Source: Lingula anatina
Lineage: Eukaryota > Animalia > Brachiopoda
Direction of reading: 5' to 3'
Length of the DNA: 64,000 bases
Assembly (NCBI GenBank): GCA_051362555.1
Contig: CM120649.1
Coordinates: 6,820,001-6,884,000, forward strand
Below the pieces are notes generated by a model, which had not been told where the DNA came from, did not search any database, and saw nothing but the letters and a program-made list of their open reading frames with translations. Shown here piece after piece: positions 61,398 to 64,000 of this stretch. Position 1 is the stretch's first letter; each line of letters opens with the position of its first letter. Made by a program: the position numbers and the translations under genes.

Positions 61398-63558
61398 GTG
61401 TGTTTGTGTGTGAACGTGTGTGCGTATGCATGTGTGTGTGTGCATGCGTATGCGTGTGTAAGTGTGCATGTGTATGTTTGTGTAGGATTGCGATTGGGAG
61501 TTTCCAGGGTTTTCTTGTATGATTTTTTTTACTAGGCTTCGCTGACTACAGGAGGTATAAGGTACTGATGAGTGGGATTACAAGTGCATGCATGTGTGTG
61601 CATCTGCGCACATGTTTGTGTCTGAGAGGAATGGGGGCTGGCTATTCTCATATAGCTTCTTTTTACAAGGACTCACCGACTGGAGACAACGTCAGCCAAA
61701 GAGTATGCTGCCGCGAGCAAATTAAGGGCGTAGGATCTAAAACGTTGAGGAATCTCAATGTGAAGAAAATAGCACTCACAATTGTACTGTAAATTACCTG
61801 GCAAAGAAATCAACATAAGACCATAATTTACAAAAATTTTATATACAAAATAATACATTAACCTAAAAAAGTCTATAGACAACTTGTATGGGAATGCATA
61901 CACGACTTCTCATGCGTAGATAGTGGAGCAGATAATGGTTTAAATGAGCTATTATTATTGATGAGAGAGTAGGGAATAATTGGGTTGGGGGGGGGGTACA
62001 GGAGGGGAGGGGGAGGATGCATTTTTGCATGTTCTCTCAACAGACTATCATAAATTTTTAGCCAACAGCTTTTAAATTGTCAGGCTTTTATTCAGTTTTG
62101 TCTGATGATGGTACCGACTGGTCTACCCTATTGGTTACATTAAGATTACGTAGCATTTAGTATTTAAGTATGTAAAGTGAAATCTTCTTTTAACTTGCCC
62201 TGCTGATGGATGGTTTTTGGCTTTTCAAATTTACTCTGAAAATTTTTTAGATAAAATTGTGTAGGTCCAGCCAAAGGATATGCCTATTGGTCAGTGACAT
62301 TTGAGCCAGTGGTCACTGGGCAGTAACATTCTATCTCCATTGTACTCAGCTCTCCGTGTAGTGGACGTGCATGCTCAACAGTAAAATAGAGAGGCATGAA
62401 GTTACTGCATTGAAAGTACCCAGTTTAAAATATTTGTGTCTCATGCCATACATATATGATCACAAGAATTTAAGCCTGGGGAGATTTCGTAATATGATTC
62501 ATTGCTTGGCAGGAAATAACAAGGGGGGAAAAAAAACTTCAGATTTCATGGCAAAGACTAGAAGCAAAATTAGGCATTAAAGTTAATGGCAAAGTTATAA
62601 AGAGCACTTTATGTTACTGTTTAAATACAAATGTAAAAGTGGTTTATATTGGACAGAATTGCCAAAAGTAAATGTGGCAGTTGGAAAAAGGTTGAAAAAA
62701 ACAACAACAATATAAAGGTTATAAAACCTGAAAAGGTAGTTATGGGTATTAAAGCAGCTGTTTATCTGATTAGATAGACAGATATTTAAATGGCAGCTGC
62801 GAAGACTGCCAAGGCCAACTGAAACATCTCTGTGACTTGCATGTTAAGCATAACTAGGTATGAGTTGGCTCCTTTGACTGGTTGTTTTTCTTTATCAGCT
62901 CTTTCTTTTTTTTTTTAATTGATGACAGTGCACTGATGAAACCCCTGAGGACCTCCTTAGTTAGTTCTTCTTGTCATGTTTTGATTAATTATTCTTGTAT
63001 TATTTCCAGAATCCTACATTTTTATTTACAGGAATGGTGTTTTTTATAAGTCAGCTTCTGCATCTTTTTTTTTTTTTTTTTTTTTTAAATGAGATTTTGA
63101 CTCATACCGACAGACAGATTTTTTTTCGGTAGTTAACAGGATACTCCAGGGGACAGAAAGTTAGAAATGTATTGAAAAAAATAATCAATTTGCTGATTTG
63201 ATTATGAAAATAAAAGTAAGGTGACTATTGTAGTCTATACCACTGATTATTTAAAAGTGGAGTTAGACGAACTGATTTACTAAATTGGGAAATGTTATCA
63301 GCTTAAGCCAGATGTAAATTATAGAAGACCAGAAGCCAGTTATTTACATTGCCTGACTATGTAACACTCACAAATATCTTAGCACATTGTTGACAGCCTG
63401 GTGTATGTGTTTGTGTATATGTGTATGTTTGTATTCCTTTACACATATATTCTGTTATATCTGTTTCAAGATTTTTGAGGGCATTTCCTTTATTTACTGA
63501 AGTGCAATTCATTTATGTTACAGCCTGCAGACTTTTGTGACAGTCAGTCTGTATGAGT

Positions 63559-63560
63559 AT

Positions 63561-63603
<43 letters not shown>

Positions 63604-63605
63604 TT
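63559..63605. repeat. (ATTT)n microsatellite
   Basis: Read directly from the sequence. Confidence 0.95.
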
Positions 63606-64000
63606 TCAGCAAAAGCTGTCTTTTTACTTGTCCACTTTACTTCCATCTTACAGCCTTAATGAAACTATTAAATCTCTCAGCCGTGAAAAGTAATTTCAGA
63701 ATGATAGGTCAGTTGTTTACACCCTTCCCATCAAAATGGAGAATTAATACCTTATAACCTGGCGTGGAACTCAATTAAGGATGAATTTAATTTAAGCCAA
63801 ATATCCACAGAATTTATTTTCTAGTTAAATTGTCTTGTAGTCCAAACTCTAGGAATTAAGTAAAAAGATTTAGAAATAATTAAAATTCAGTGAAATACAG
63901 CATCTTTTTAATATTTGATTTGTGAGGAGATATATTATTGCCAGTTGGCAGAGATATATCAAGATAGGGTGCAGCAGAAAGAGGTCACTGTTGTTTATGT

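Noticed and set aside
62933-62960. CTGATGA as another hammerhead core
   Set aside because: No stem II followed by GAAA, and no stem I/III.

Overview
AT-rich, intron-rich animal genomic DNA, probably an invertebrate such as a mollusc; the taxon is a guess. (1) 0-9.2 kb is a transposon-dense block. It holds a full-length but inactivated Tc1 DD34E element (5622-7006) lying between ~640-bp inverted repeats, an internally deleted Tc1, several PIF/Harbinger-type MITEs, and one copy of a ~300-bp promoter/5' exon-like segment that recurs at 9.7 kb. (2) 10.4-26.4 kb holds a gene that the ORF track misses. I reconstruct 26 GT-AG, phase-compatible coding exons (~887 aa). Twenty of them come from a near-identical 2.485-kb tandem array of five 4-exon modules, each adding 108 aa. 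The protein looks disordered and carries about 18 YxxL/I motifs plus tandem PxQxxD (TRAF-type) motifs. (3) 27.3-30.8 kb holds a decayed Penelope-like retroelement with several minimal hammerhead-ribozyme motifs. (4) From 33.5 kb to the end lies the 5' part of a TSC22D/bunched gene: the large long-isoform exon and three candidate alternative first coding exons, all ending in phase 2. The shared TSC-box/leucine-zipper exons are not in the window. All calls are by eye; no database search was run.
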